Part shown: positions 55,193-64,000 of the stretch, in pieces
Layout: each line of letters begins with the position of its first letter
Position numbering within the stretch: position 1 is the first letter of the stretch
The notes under the pieces: generated by a model
What the model was told of the DNA's origin: nothing
Databases searched by the model: none
Seen by the model: the letters and a program-made list of their open reading frames with translations, nothing else
Source of the DNA: Chloroflexota bacterium
GTDB lineage: Bacteria > Chloroflexota > Limnocylindria > Limnocylindrales > CSP1-4
DNA length: 64,000 nucleotides
Reading direction: 5' to 3'
Assembly: GCA_015478725.1 (NCBI GenBank)
Contig: JADMIG010000006.1
Coordinates: 19,781 to 83,780, forward strand
Made by a program: the position numbers and the translations under genes

Positions 55193-56125
55193 ATGCGCCG
55201 CTGGGCACTGGGATCTGTTATCACGACGGCGGTCATCGTCGTCGGGGCCTGCTCGAGCGCGGCGACGCCGAGCCCGAGCGCCTCGGCCGCCCCATCCGCC
55301 GCCTCGGCCGCACCGAGCGCCGCCGCTTCAGCTTCGAGCGCACCGTCCGCATCCGCGAGCGCGGCGCCGTCGGCCGCCGCCATCGCGGTGCCGGCCAACA
55401 TCACGAGCGCCGGCAAGCTCGTCTTCTGCTCGGACATCTCGTATCCGCCGGAGGAGTCGTACGCCGCCGACGGGACGACCCCGCAGGGGTCGGACATCGA
55501 CATCGCGAACGAGATCGCCAAGCGCCTCGGCGTGAAGGCCGAGATCGACAACACCGGCTTCGGCGGGATCATCCCCGCCCTCAACGCGAAGAAGTGCGAC
55601 CTCATCATCTCCGGCATGAACGACACGCCGACGCGGGCACAGCAGGTCAGCTTCGTCGACTACCTCAAGGTCGGCCAGGGCCTCCTCGTCCCGGCCGGCA
55701 ACCCGAAGAACCTCCAGACGCTCGCCGACCTGTCCGGCCACTCGGTCGCGGTCGAGCTCGGAACGACGAACAAGGACGCCCTCGACGCCGAGAACAAGGT
55801 CCTCGTCGCGGCCGGCAAGCCGAAGATCGACATCCAGACGTTCCAGGCGGACACGGACGCGTTCAACCAGCTCAAGCTCGGTCGGGTCGACGCGTATTCC
55901 GGCGACTCGCCGGTCTGTGCGTACTACGCGGCCCAGAGCAACGGCAAGTTCATCGTCGGCGGCTCGCCGATCGCCCCGGCCCTGATCGGGATCGCGATCC
56001 GCAAGACGGACACCCAGCTGACGGCCGCGGTCCAGGCCGCGATCGACGCGATGTACGCCGACGGGACGATGAAGTCCATCGTCGACAAGTGGGGCATGAC
56101 GAACGCGGTCGTCCTCCTGAAGTAA
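55193..56125 (+). CDS. polar amino-acid ABC transporter substrate-binding lipoprotein (SBP family 3)
   Basis: Signal peptide with lipobox VVGAC, an Ala/Ser/Pro linker, SBP_bac_3 fold. Confidence 0.85.
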   Translation: MRRWALGSVITTAVIVVGACSSAATPSPSASAAPSAASAAPSAAASASSAPSASASAAPSAAAIAVPANITSAGKLVFCSDISYPPEESYAADGTTPQGSDIDIANEIAKRLGVKAEIDNTGFGGIIPALNAKKCDLIISGMNDTPTRAQQVSFVDYLKVGQGLLVPAGNPKNLQTLADLSGHSVAVELGTTNKDALDAENKVLVAAGKPKIDIQTFQADTDAFNQLKLGRVDAYSGDSPVCAYYAAQSNGKFIVGGSPIAPALIGIAIRKTDTQLTAAVQAAIDAMYADGTMKSIVDKWGMTNAVVLLK

Positions 56126-56226
56126 CAGGCGAGCCGGGCGTCCGCTCGGATACTCTTCCGTTCCATCAACGCCATCGGGTGGGCCGCCGGTCCACCCGAT
56201 GACCTGGCCCTTCAGACGAGCGTGCC

Positions 56227-57051
56227 GTGCACCCGCTGTCGCTCCTCGCCGATTCGTCGGGCCTGCAGTTCCAGTTCGACCTCCCGTTCTTCCTCAACTT
56301 CGTCTTCCATCCCACGCCGGCCCTCATCGGCGGGCTCGCGATCACGATCTACGCATCGATCATCGCCCAGGCGATGGGCGTCGTCCTCGGCGTCTTCTCC
56401 GCCCTCGCCGGGATGGCCCGCAATCGCGTGTTCCGGACGATCAGCCGGCTCTACGTCTGGTTCTTCCGTGGGACACCGGTCCTCGTCCAGATCTCCCTCG
56501 TCTACTTCGGGACGCCTTACCTGCTCGGCGGGTTCGACCTGTTCCCGAACCACGCCCTGCTCGGTCCCCTCGACCTCCGGGGGGCCGTCCTCGCCGGCAC
56601 CTTCGCCCTCGGCGTGAACGAGGGTGCGTACATGAGCGAGATCGTCCGGGCCGGCATCCTGTCCGTCGACCCGGGCCAGACGGAGGCGGCCAAGTCGCTC
56701 GGCATGACCTACGGGCTGACGATGCGCCGGATCGTCCTGCCGCAGGCCCTCCGGGTCATCATCCCGCCGCTCGGCAACGAGTTCAACAACATGCTCAAGA
56801 CGACCTCGCTCATGAGCGTCATCGCCGTCCAGGAGCTCTACGGCAACGCGTTGAACGTCTATTCGGCGTCGTTCAAGCCATTCGAGGTGTTCTTCGGGGT
56901 CGCCATCTACTACCTCGCCCTCACCTCGATCTGGAGCTTCATCCAGGGCCGTATCGAGCGACGCCTCGGGACGAGCTCCGTGCGGATCGATGAGCCGGGG
57001 CTCATGGCCCGACTCGTCGGCCTCCGCGGCCCGAGCGCCGGAGGTCGCTGA
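56227..57051 (+). CDS. amino-acid ABC transporter permease (HisM/GlnP type)
   Basis: GTG start. 5 TM. EAA loop [30 protein letters not shown]. Confidence 0.85.
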   Translation: MHPLSLLADSSGLQFQFDLPFFLNFVFHPTPALIGGLAITIYASIIAQAMGVVLGVFSALAGMARNRVFRTISRLYVWFFRGTPVLVQISLVYFGTPYLLGGFDLFPNHALLGPLDLRGAVLAGTFALGVNEGAYMSEIVRAGILSVDPGQTEAAKSLGMTYGLTMRRIVLPQALRVIIPPLGNEFNNMLKTTSLMSVIAVQELYGNALNVYSASFKPFEVFFGVAIYYLALTSIWSFIQGRIERRLGTSSVRIDEPGLMARLVGLRGPSAGGR

Positions 57052-57869
57052 TGGCCGGAGTGGGCGGCGGCATCCTCGGCGCGATCGGCGGCGTGCCACG
57101 GCCGCCGACGGACGTCGTCGTGGACGCCAGGGACGTCGAGAAGCGGTTCGGCGCCCTCGCCGTCCTCAAGGGGCTGAGCATCCAGGTCCGGCGGGCGGAG
57201 GTCGTCGTCATCATCGGGCCCTCCGGATCCGGCAAGACGACGTTCATCCGCTGCATCAACCACCTCGAGAAGATCCAGGGCGGCCGGATCTTCGTGAACG
57301 GTCACCTCATCGGCTACCGCGAGGACGGCGGCCGGCTCGTCGAGGACCGCGAGGCGAACATCGCCCGCCAGCGCCAGGAGATCGGGATGGTCTTCCAGCG
57401 CTTCAACCTCTTCCCGCACATGACCGCCCTCGCGAACATCATCGAGGCGCCGGTCCGCGTCCGCGCTGTCCCTACCGCCGAGGCGACGGAGATGGGCCGG
57501 GCGCTGCTGGACCGCGTCGGCCTCGCTCACAAGGCGGACAGCTACCCGGCCCAGCTCTCCGGCGGCCAGCAGCAGCGGGTGGCCATCGCCCGCGCGCTCG
57601 CGATGAAACCCGCCCTCATGCTGTTCGACGAACCGACGAGTGCCCTCGACCCGGAGATGATCGGCGAGGTCCTCGAGGTGATGAAGGAGCTCGCCCGCGA
57701 AGGGATGACGATGATCGTCGTGAGCCACGAGATGGGCTTCGCCCGCGAGGTGGCGGACCGCGTGGTCATGATGGACGACGGCCAGATCATCGAGGAAGGC
57801 ACCCCCGAGCACTTCTTCACCAGCCCGCAGCACGAGCGGACGAAGACCTTCCTCTCGAAGATCCTCTGA
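57051..57869 (+). CDS. amino-acid ABC transporter ATP-binding protein (GlnQ type)
   Basis: [36 protein letters not shown]. Confidence 0.9.
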   Translation: MAGVGGGILGAIGGVPRPPTDVVVDARDVEKRFGALAVLKGLSIQVRRAEVVVIIGPSGSGKTTFIRCINHLEKIQGGRIFVNGHLIGYREDGGRLVEDREANIARQRQEIGMVFQRFNLFPHMTALANIIEAPVRVRAVPTAEATEMGRALLDRVGLAHKADSYPAQLSGGQQQRVAIARALAMKPALMLFDEPTSALDPEMIGEVLEVMKELAREGMTMIVVSHEMGFAREVADRVVMMDDGQIIEEGTPEHFFTSPQHERTKTFLSKIL

Positions 57870-57898
57870 CGGCCCGCGGCCGTGCGTCGGCCCCGGCC

Positions 57899-58105
57899 GT
57901 GCGTATCGCCCGATATCGGCCTAACAGATGTTCGGTGCGAGGCCCTGCGTATCGCCCGACCCGACGGAGCGGCGCAACCCGTGACCGTGCGGCGGGCGGG
58001 ACGTGAGGAGTCGGGCGTCGATCCAGCCATCGGCCCTGTGGATATCCGGTCGCCTTACCTCCAGCCGGTCCCGCCCACCATCTGCCTGACGGATATCCGG
58101 TCGGG
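57899..58105. repeat. two pairs of short direct repeats (TGCGTATCGCCCGA x2; GGATATCCGGTCG x2) in a convergent 3' intergenic region
   Basis: Each pair is spaced about 45-47 bp apart. They sit in the 344-bp intergenic region between the glnQ stop and the hemH stop. Confidence 0.5.
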
Positions 58106-58212
58106 CGCGGCCACCGTGGGCCGCCGCTCGGCGCAAACCGCCGAGGGCGGCGTCGCCGGCCGCCGTGGCACCACGGTCAGGCGGATGACGACCCCCGGGG
58201 CGCGGCGAGCGC

Positions 58213-59169
58213 TCAGGGCGCGGGCACGGGCTCGGCGAGCGTCGCGGTCGCGACCGACGCCAGCGCGTCGATGAAACGCGGATCGGTGTTGAGCGACTCG
58301 ATCCGGGCGAAGCGGAGCCCGGCGGCCTCGGCCTGTTCGCGGGCCCCCACCTCCACGTCGTAGAGGATCTCGAGGTGGTCGGCGAGGAACTGGACCGGGG
58401 CGATGAGGACGGACTGGCGGCCCTGCGCTCGGAGCACCGGCATGAGGTCGGCGAAGTCTGGTTTCATCCACTCCCCCGGTTCATGCCCCGCGCTCTGCCA
58501 GCAGAATGTCCACCGCGCAGCCGCGAGGCCGGTCCGGCGGGCGACCTCCGTCGCGGTCGTCGTGAGCTGGGCGATGTAGTCAGGCTCCTCGTCGGCGACC
58601 CGGCGCGGGAGGCTGTGCGCGGTGAGCAGGACCGGGACCTCGTCGCGCTCGTCCGGCACGAACGCGGCGAGGGCGGAGGTCACCCGGGCGGCGAGGGCGT
58701 CGAGGAATGCCGGCTCCGTATGCCACGCGCCGGCGATGCGGACCTCCGGCGCCACCTCCCCGGCCGCGGCGAGCTCGACGCGGGCCGTGTCCACCGCCCG
58801 GCCGTAGCCACCCATGATGAGTGGCGAGTACTGAGGCGAGAGGATGATCCCCGCGACGCGGCGCACGCCGGCTCTCGCGAGCGCCCGGAGCCCGTCGACG
58901 ATCGACGGGGCCGAGAACCGCATCCCCGTCCGGACCACCGCTCGACCGCCGAGGTTCGCCTCCAGGGCGGCAGCCTGGGCGGCGGTGATCTCGACGAGCG
59001 GCGATCCGCCGATGACCCGGTAGCGGCGGGTGAACTCGGCCACGAGATCCTCGTCCGGCGCGCGCCCGCCGCGGACGGCACTGATGTACCGCGGCACGTC
59101 GTCGAGGGACCTCGGCGAGCCGTAGGTCATGAGGAGGACGCCGAAGCGATCGGGAGATGGCGCGGTCAC
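58213..59169 (-). CDS. hemH: ferrochelatase (coproporphyrin ferrochelatase)
   Basis: LLMTYGSP N-terminus and the VQFLADHLEILYD C-terminal motif. The proposed GTG start overlaps the hemE stop (GTGA). The ORF-track extension to 59463 is rejected. Confidence 0.85.
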   Translation of the reverse strand: MTAPSPDRFGVLLMTYGSPRSLDDVPRYISAVRGGRAPDEDLVAEFTRRYRVIGGSPLVEITAAQAAALEANLGGRAVVRTGMRFSAPSIVDGLRALARAGVRRVAGIILSPQYSPLIMGGYGRAVDTARVELAAAGEVAPEVRIAGAWHTEPAFLDALAARVTSALAAFVPDERDEVPVLLTAHSLPRRVADEEPDYIAQLTTTATEVARRTGLAAARWTFCWQSAGHEPGEWMKPDFADLMPVLRAQGRQSVLIAPVQFLADHLEILYDVEVGAREQAEAAGLRFARIESLNTDPRFIDALASVATATLAEPVPAP

Positions 59170-60296
59170 GGTCGATCCTTTCGGGCGGGGTCGGATGTCG
59201 TCATCGGGCTCGGACGCGCCGTCTGTTCGAGCACGAAGCCCGGACGCGCCGTCTGTTCGTGCACGAAGCTCGCGAGGTCGCGAAGGATGCCCGGATCCGT
59301 CCCCCGCGGAATCGCGTGGCCGAGGTTGAAGACGTGGCCGGGTCGGCCGCTCGCCTCGTCGAGGACGGTGCGCGCCCCGGCCTCGACCACCGCCCAGCCG
59401 GCGAGGAGGCGAGCGGGATCGAGGTTGCCCTGGACGCCGCGGCGGTCCCCGAGCCGCGCCCACGCTGCCGCCAGAGACTGGCCCGCGTCGATGGAGATGA
59501 CGTCGCCCCCGGTCGCGGCGACGTGGTCGAGGATCCCGGCCGAACCGGCCACGAAATGGATGGTCGGGACTCCCGCTGCGGCCGCGAAGAGCTCCGCCGT
59601 CGATGGCGCGACGCGCTCAACGTAGTCGGCCGGACCGAGCGTGCCGGCCCAGCTGTCGAAGACCTGGACGATCCGTGCGCCGGCCCGCACCTGCGCGGCG
59701 ACGTATCCGACGAGGGCGTCCGTGAGGCGGCGGAGCAGGGCCGCGAAGGCCACCGGCTCGCGATACATGAACGCCTTCGCCACGAGCTTGTCGCGCGACG
59801 GTCCGCCCTCGATGAGGTACGAGGCGAGCGTGAAGGGACCGCCGACGATCCCGATGACCGCCGCCCGGTCACCGACGTCGTGGCGAACGAGCCGGATCGC
59901 CTCCAGGATGGGCCGCAGGTCCGTCTCGGCGTCGATCGGGTGGAGGCGGGCGACGTCGTCCGCCGTGCGGATCGGCGCCGCGACGACCGGCCCGGCGGGT
60001 GTCAGCTCGAGCTCGATCCCCATCGCCGCCACCGGCAGCATGATGTCGGCGAACATCACCGCGCCGTCGACGCCGTACGCGTCGACCGGCATGAGGCTCA
60101 CCTGCGCGCACAGCTCCGGGGTCGTGGCGATCTCCTCGACTGAGCGCCGCTCGCGGAGCGCGAGGTAGGCGGGCAGGGAGCCGCCGGCCTGGCGCATGAA
60201 CCAGACGGGGGTCCGGTCCACCGGTTCGCGGCGACTCGCCGCGACGAGCCGCTCCGCCCCGCTCATCGGCACGCCGGCGACGCGGAGCGCGGTCAT
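59166..60296 (-). CDS. hemE: uroporphyrinogen decarboxylase, paralog 2 (carries C-terminal 10-aa in-frame duplication)
   Basis: PVWFMRQAGG URO-D signature 1 and GGPFTLASY. The C-terminus has FVHEQTARPG/FVLEQTARPS from a 30-bp tandem DNA duplication. Confidence 0.85.
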   Translation of the reverse strand: MTALRVAGVPMSGAERLVAASRREPVDRTPVWFMRQAGGSLPAYLALRERRSVEEIATTPELCAQVSLMPVDAYGVDGAVMFADIMLPVAAMGIELELTPAGPVVAAPIRTADDVARLHPIDAETDLRPILEAIRLVRHDVGDRAAVIGIVGGPFTLASYLIEGGPSRDKLVAKAFMYREPVAFAALLRRLTDALVGYVAAQVRAGARIVQVFDSWAGTLGPADYVERVAPSTAELFAAAAGVPTIHFVAGSAGILDHVAATGGDVISIDAGQSLAAAWARLGDRRGVQGNLDPARLLAGWAVVEAGARTVLDEASGRPGHVFNLGHAIPRGTDPGILRDLASFVHEQTARPGFVLEQTARPSPMTTSDPARKDRP

Positions 60297-61324
60297 CGGA
60301 CCGTCGCCGGCACGCGCGCCTCGTGGACGAGGTCGACGAGACGCCGGAGCGTGTCAGGTTCCGTTCCGGGGAGCACGCCGTGGCCGAGGTTGAACACGTG
60401 GCCCGGCCGGCCGGCCGCCTCGGCGAGCACCCAGCGTGCCTCGGCCTCCACCGCGTCCCACGGCGCGAGGAGCGTCGCCGGATCCAGGTTCCCCTGCACG
60501 GCCCGGTCCGGGACGAGCGTCCATGCAGCGCCGAGGGCGATCCGCCAGTCGATGCCGATGACGTCTCCGCCCGCCGCCGCCACGAGCGGCAGCATCCCGG
60601 CCGTGCCCGTCCCGAAATGGATCGTCGGGACGCCGAGGTCGGCGAGACCGGCGAAGAGCCGTCGGGTCGGCGGCAGGACCGAACGCTCGTACGCGAACGG
60701 CCCGAGAGCGCCGACCCACGAGTCGAAGATCTGGACCGCCTGCACGCCGGCCGCCACTTGCGCCCGAACGTAGATGAGGGTCATGTCGACGAGGCGGTCG
60801 AGCAGCGCTCCGGCGACGGCCGGCTCGGAGCCGATGAGCCGCCGGATCTCGGCGCCATCGCGCGAGCCGCGGCCGGCGACGAGGTACGAGGCGAGGGTGA
60901 ATGGCGCGCCGGCGAAGCCGATGAGGGGGACGGTCGATTCACGACGGACGAGCCGGATCGCCGCGAGGAGCGGCCCGACCGCGTCCTCGGCGTCGAACGG
61001 TCGGAGCGCCGCGACGTCGGCGGCGGTTCGGACCGGCCGCTCGATGACCGGGCCCACCCCGTCGACGATCTCGACGCCGATGCCGATCCCCGTCAGCGGG
61101 GTCGTGATGTCGGCGAAGAGGATCGCCGCGTCGACGCCGAGCCGGTGGACCGGCTGGAGCGTCACTTCGGCGCACAGCGCCGGATCGTGGACGATCTCGG
61201 CGAGCGTCGCCCGTGCCCGGATCGCCCGGTATTCGGGGAGCGAGCGACCAGCCTGTCGCATGAACCAGACCGGTGTCGCATCGACCGGCTCGCGACGACA
61301 GGCGCGAAGGAATCGATCGGTCAC
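60293..61324 (-). CDS. hemE: uroporphyrinogen decarboxylase, paralog 1
   Basis: PVWFMRQAGR and GAPFTLASY. About 55-60% identical to paralog 2 by eye. Probable GTG start at about 61324. The ORF-track 5' extension is Arg/Ser-rich. ATGA-type overlap with paralog 2. Confidence 0.8.
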   Translation of the reverse strand: MTDRFLRACRREPVDATPVWFMRQAGRSLPEYRAIRARATLAEIVHDPALCAEVTLQPVHRLGVDAAILFADITTPLTGIGIGVEIVDGVGPVIERPVRTAADVAALRPFDAEDAVGPLLAAIRLVRRESTVPLIGFAGAPFTLASYLVAGRGSRDGAEIRRLIGSEPAVAGALLDRLVDMTLIYVRAQVAAGVQAVQIFDSWVGALGPFAYERSVLPPTRRLFAGLADLGVPTIHFGTGTAGMLPLVAAAGGDVIGIDWRIALGAAWTLVPDRAVQGNLDPATLLAPWDAVEAEARWVLAEAAGRPGHVFNLGHGVLPGTEPDTLRRLVDLVHEARVPATVR

Positions 61325-61328
61325 CCGC

Positions 61329-62639
61329 TCACGCCCGGAACGCCGCCACGGCGGCGGCCGCGATCGTCTCGATCTCCGCCGGACCATGGGCGAACGAGAG
61401 GAACCAGGCCTCGAACTGGGACGGCGGGAGGAGCACGTCATGGTCGAGCATCGCGCCGAAGAACCGGGCGTAGGCCGAACGATCGGCGGTCAGGGCCTCG
61501 GCCGCGTCGATCGGGGCGGCGGACCGGAAGAAGACCGTGAGGAGCGATCCGACATGGCTGACGGCGACGGTGCGATCGGCGGCCGCAGCGGCGGCGGCGA
61601 GTCGCTCGGCGAGGTCCGCGGCCACGCTCTCGAGGTCGAGGTACCGCTCCGGCGTCAGCCGGTCGAGGGTCGCGATCCCGGCGGCCATCGAGAGTGGGTG
61701 CCCGGAGAGCGTGCCGGCCTGATACACGGGACCTTCCGGGGCGACGAGGCCCATGAGGTCCGACCGTCCGCCGTACGCCCCGATCGGCATGCCGCCGCCG
61801 ATGATCTTGCCGAGGACCGTGAGATCCGGTCGGACCCCATAGCGCGCCTGCGCGCCGCCGGGCCCCACCCGGAACCCGGTGATGACCTCGTCGAAGATGA
61901 GGATCGCGCCGTCGGCCCGGGTCACCTCACGAAGTGCCTCGAGGAATCCCGGCTCCGGCGGGATGACGCCGACGTTGGCGACGACGGGCTCGACGATGAC
62001 ACCGGCGATCCGCCCGGCGTGCTCGGCGAACGCGAGGGTGAGGGCGGTCGGGTCGTTGAACGGCAGGACGATCGTCAGCGACGCGACGTCCGCCGGGACG
62101 CCGGCGGAGCCGGGGATGGCGAGGGTCGCGACGCCCGAACCCGCCTCCACGAGGAGGCCGTCCGAGTGGCCGTGATACGCCCCGGCGAACTTCACGACGA
62201 GGTCGCGGCCCGTCGCGGCGCGCGCAAGCCTGACCGCGCTCATCGCCGCCTCCGTGCCGGACGAGGTGAAGCGAAGTCGCTCGAGCGACGGCATCGCCGC
62301 CAGGATCCGCTCGCCGAGCTCGATCTCGAGCGGATGGGTCGCCCCGAGGGCGAAGCCGCTGAGGGCGGCCTCGCGGACGGCCTCCACGACGGCGGGATCG
62401 CCGTGACCGAGGATCGCCGGCCCCCAGGCGCCAACGAGGTCGAGTAGTCGACGCCCATCGGCATCCCACACGTATGCCCCGGCGCCCCGCTCGAGGACGA
62501 CGGGCGCGCGTCCCACCGCGCGGAACGCCCGGACGGGACTGCTCACCCCGCCGGGGAACAGCGCCGCGGCCCGAGCCCGCAGCGCAGCCTGGCGGTCGGC
62601 GATCGGCGGAGCGGCGCCGTCCCGGACCGGCGTCGTCAT
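61329..62639 (-). CDS. hemL: glutamate-1-semialdehyde 2,1-aminomutase
   Basis: FPGGVSSPVRAF and the PLP-Lys region. It lies within the heme cluster. Confidence 0.9.
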   Translation of the reverse strand: MTTPVRDGAAPPIADRQAALRARAAALFPGGVSSPVRAFRAVGRAPVVLERGAGAYVWDADGRRLLDLVGAWGPAILGHGDPAVVEAVREAALSGFALGATHPLEIELGERILAAMPSLERLRFTSSGTEAAMSAVRLARAATGRDLVVKFAGAYHGHSDGLLVEAGSGVATLAIPGSAGVPADVASLTIVLPFNDPTALTLAFAEHAGRIAGVIVEPVVANVGVIPPEPGFLEALREVTRADGAILIFDEVITGFRVGPGGAQARYGVRPDLTVLGKIIGGGMPIGAYGGRSDLMGLVAPEGPVYQAGTLSGHPLSMAAGIATLDRLTPERYLDLESVAADLAERLAAAAAAADRTVAVSHVGSLLTVFFRSAAPIDAAEALTADRSAYARFFGAMLDHDVLLPPSQFEAWFLSFAHGPAEIETIAAAAVAAFRA

Positions 62640-63325
62640 GCGCCGAGGAGCTCGCGGAGCTCGTCCGGGCTCCGTCGGATCGCGAGGAGGATCGGCGTGT
62701 CACGGACGGTGGACCGGCGCGAGTCCGTTCCGCGGAGCTCACGCACCAGCTCGCCGAAGGCCGCCAGGTCGTCCGTCTCGTAGGCCACGAGGAAGTCCTG
62801 GTCGTCCACGCCGAAGGAGTAGGCGAGCGCCTGGCGGACGCTCGGGTACGTGTGGCCGACCTTCATGTGCTCGTTCATGACTCCCTGGCGCGCCTCTCGG
62901 GAGAGGAGGTACCAGTCGGTTGACTTCGTGAACGGGTAGACGATGAGGTACCGATCGCGTTCTCCGCCGATGAGCCCGGCCTCCTGGTCGGACGGCCTGA
63001 CCGCGTACTGCGATGCGGCCGTCCGCCCGATGAACGAGTGGCGGACGTCGCATGAGGTCCCGAGGCCCGAGAGGAGCGTCCGGGCGGCGGAGCGCTCGAG
63101 CGCATCGACCGTCTCCGACCACCGCCACAGGACGAGGTCGACGCCGGGTTCGAGGCCGATGCTCGAGTAGACGACGCTGCGGACGCCATCGCCGGCGGTC
63201 GCCGCCTCGGCGCCCTGGAACGCCTCGAGATCCGCGGAGCGCTGCGACGGCGGGCACCGTCGCCACTCGCGGGCGATGGAGAGCGCGAGCGCCTGGACAT
63301 AGACGTGCGACGTGGACTCGCTCAT
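62636..63325 (-). CDS. hemQ: coproheme decarboxylase / hydrogen-peroxide-dependent heme synthase (chlorite dismutase family)
   Basis: 229 aa. Cld-like motifs [16 protein letters not shown] and [11 protein letters not shown]. Confidence 0.85.
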   Translation of the reverse strand: MSESTSHVYVQALALSIAREWRRCPPSQRSADLEAFQGAEAATAGDGVRSVVYSSIGLEPGVDLVLWRWSETVDALERSAARTLLSGLGTSCDVRHSFIGRTAASQYAVRPSDQEAGLIGGERDRYLIVYPFTKSTDWYLLSREARQGVMNEHMKVGHTYPSVRQALAYSFGVDDQDFLVAYETDDLAAFGELVRELRGTDSRRSTVRDTPILLAIRRSPDELRELLGA

Positions 63326-64000
63326 CGTTCCTCCGACAACCAGGACGCGAGATCCGCGGCCGCGTACGTGATGACGATGCCCGCGCCGGCGCGGACGATC
63401 CCGGTGACCGCCTCGAGTGTCGCCCGTCGGCCGTCGAGCCAGCCCCGCTCGGCGGCGGCCGCGAGCATCGCGTACTCGCCGCTCACCTGGTAGGCCGCGA
63501 TCGGGAGGTCGAACCGGGCCCGGGCGGCCGCGATCTGGTCGAGCTGCGGCATGGCCGGCTTGACGAGGATGATGTCCGCGCCCTCGGCCACGTCGAGGGC
63601 GATCTCGCGCATCGCCTCGCGGCCGTTCGCGGGATCCATCTGGTAGCCGCGCCGGTCGCCGAAGGTGGGGGCACTGTCCGCCGCCTCACGGAACGGGCCG
63701 TAGAACGCGGAGGCGGCCTTCGCCGCGTAGGCCATGATCGCGGTCCCGAGCCGGCCGTCGCGATCGAGCGCGGACCGGATCGCGGCGACCTGGCCGTCCA
63801 TCATCGCGCTGGGGGCGACGATGTCGGCGCCGGCCCGAGCCTGGGCGACCGCCGCGTCGGCGAGCCGCTCGAGCGCAGGATCGTTGAGGACGGTCCCGGC
63901 GGCATCGATCGGGCCGCAATGCCCGTGGGTCGTGTACTCGCAGAGGCACGTGTCCGCGATGAGCGCGAGCGGCAGTTCGCGATCCCGCAGGGCGCGCAGC
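63322..64000 (-). CDS. hemB: porphobilinogen synthase (ALA dehydratase), 5' end beyond window
   Basis: The frame continues upstream of the 63804 ATG with no stop, through ...[16 protein letters not shown]... (the ALAD Zn/active-site motif). The C-terminal part has the YQVSGEYAM motif. Confidence 0.85.
   Translation of the reverse strand, partial: LRALRDRELPLALIADTCLCEYTTHGHCGPIDAAGTVLNDPALERLADAAVAQARAGADIVAPSAMMDGQVAAIRSALDRDGRLGTAIMAYAAKAASAFYGPFREAADSAPTFGDRRGYQMDPANGREAMREIALDVAEGADIILVKPAMPQLDQIAAARARFDLPIAAYQVSGEYAMLAAAAERGWLDGRRATLEAVTGIVRAGAGIVITYAAADLASWLSEER

Noticed and set aside
57899-58105. Possibility that the spaced direct repeats are a degenerate CRISPR array
   Set aside because: Only two copies each of two different repeat sequences, no cas genes nearby, and the repeats are 13-14 bp, which is too short.
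59170-59463. Upstream extension of the hemH ORF (416 aa) and 60293..61441 N-terminal 39 aa of hemE1
   Set aside because: Arg/Pro/Gly-rich, and it would overlap the hemE and hemL coding regions. The GTG starts give canonical protein lengths.

Overview
This is a 64 kb window of a high-GC genome (about 70% GC, likely actinobacterial). It is densely coding on both strands. Many genes are joined by 4-nt ATGA/GTGA start-stop overlaps, and several start at GTG or TTG. All coordinates derived by hand carry an uncertainty of about 1-3 nt.

Content from left to right:
- Partial VapC/PIN toxin, a SAM-dependent methyltransferase, and an intergenic region holding a (TTCGGG)n hexanucleotide microsatellite.
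- SDR oxidoreductase and ftsH.
- A putative metal-transporter membrane protein and a second methyltransferase.
- Three adjacent nucleotide-cyclase signalling proteins: adenylyl cyclase-NB-ARC-TPR, a GGDEF protein with a heptad-repeat N-terminus, and a 6TM adenylyl cyclase.
- A minus-strand Opp/Dpp-type peptide ABC operon, headed by a HemL-like class-III aminotransferase and ending in an M20 peptidase plus a ROK regulator.
- A sulfur module: persulfide-dioxygenase-rhodanese fusion, an MFS transporter and a rhodanese.
- A seven-gene Group-4 [NiFe]-hydrogenase operon (HyfB, HycD, HyfE, HyfF, the fused NuoC-NuoD large subunit HycE, ferredoxin HycF and the small subunit HycG). Its leader carries an AT-rich promoter island and a 9-bp inverted repeat. 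A small hypothetical gene and a divergent Cys-less ArsR regulator with a palindromic operator lie upstream. The arrangement resembles the M. tuberculosis Rv0081-Rv0087 locus.
- A YciI-like protein, an Fe3+-type ABC importer, uppP, and an OmpR/sensor-kinase pair with a divergent secreted repeat protein.
- cydAB, an ECF T-A-A' energizing module without an S component, a HoxN/NixA nickel permease and a Fur-family (Nur-like) regulator.
- A 630-bp lower-GC intergenic region, a MerR-HTH-TOBE regulator with modAB (no modC), a fused CoA-transferase, a GGDEF-EAL protein and a polar amino-acid ABC system.
- A coproporphyrin-type heme cluster (hemB partial, hemQ, hemL, tandem hemE paralogs, hemH), with a 30-bp in-frame tandem duplication at the 3' end of the hemE copy adjacent to hemH (59166..60296), immediately upstream of the hemH start.

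The strongest candidate 'system' is the ArsR-linked Group-4 hydrogenase together with the nearby Ni-uptake and sulfur modules. The triple cyclase cluster is a second candidate.
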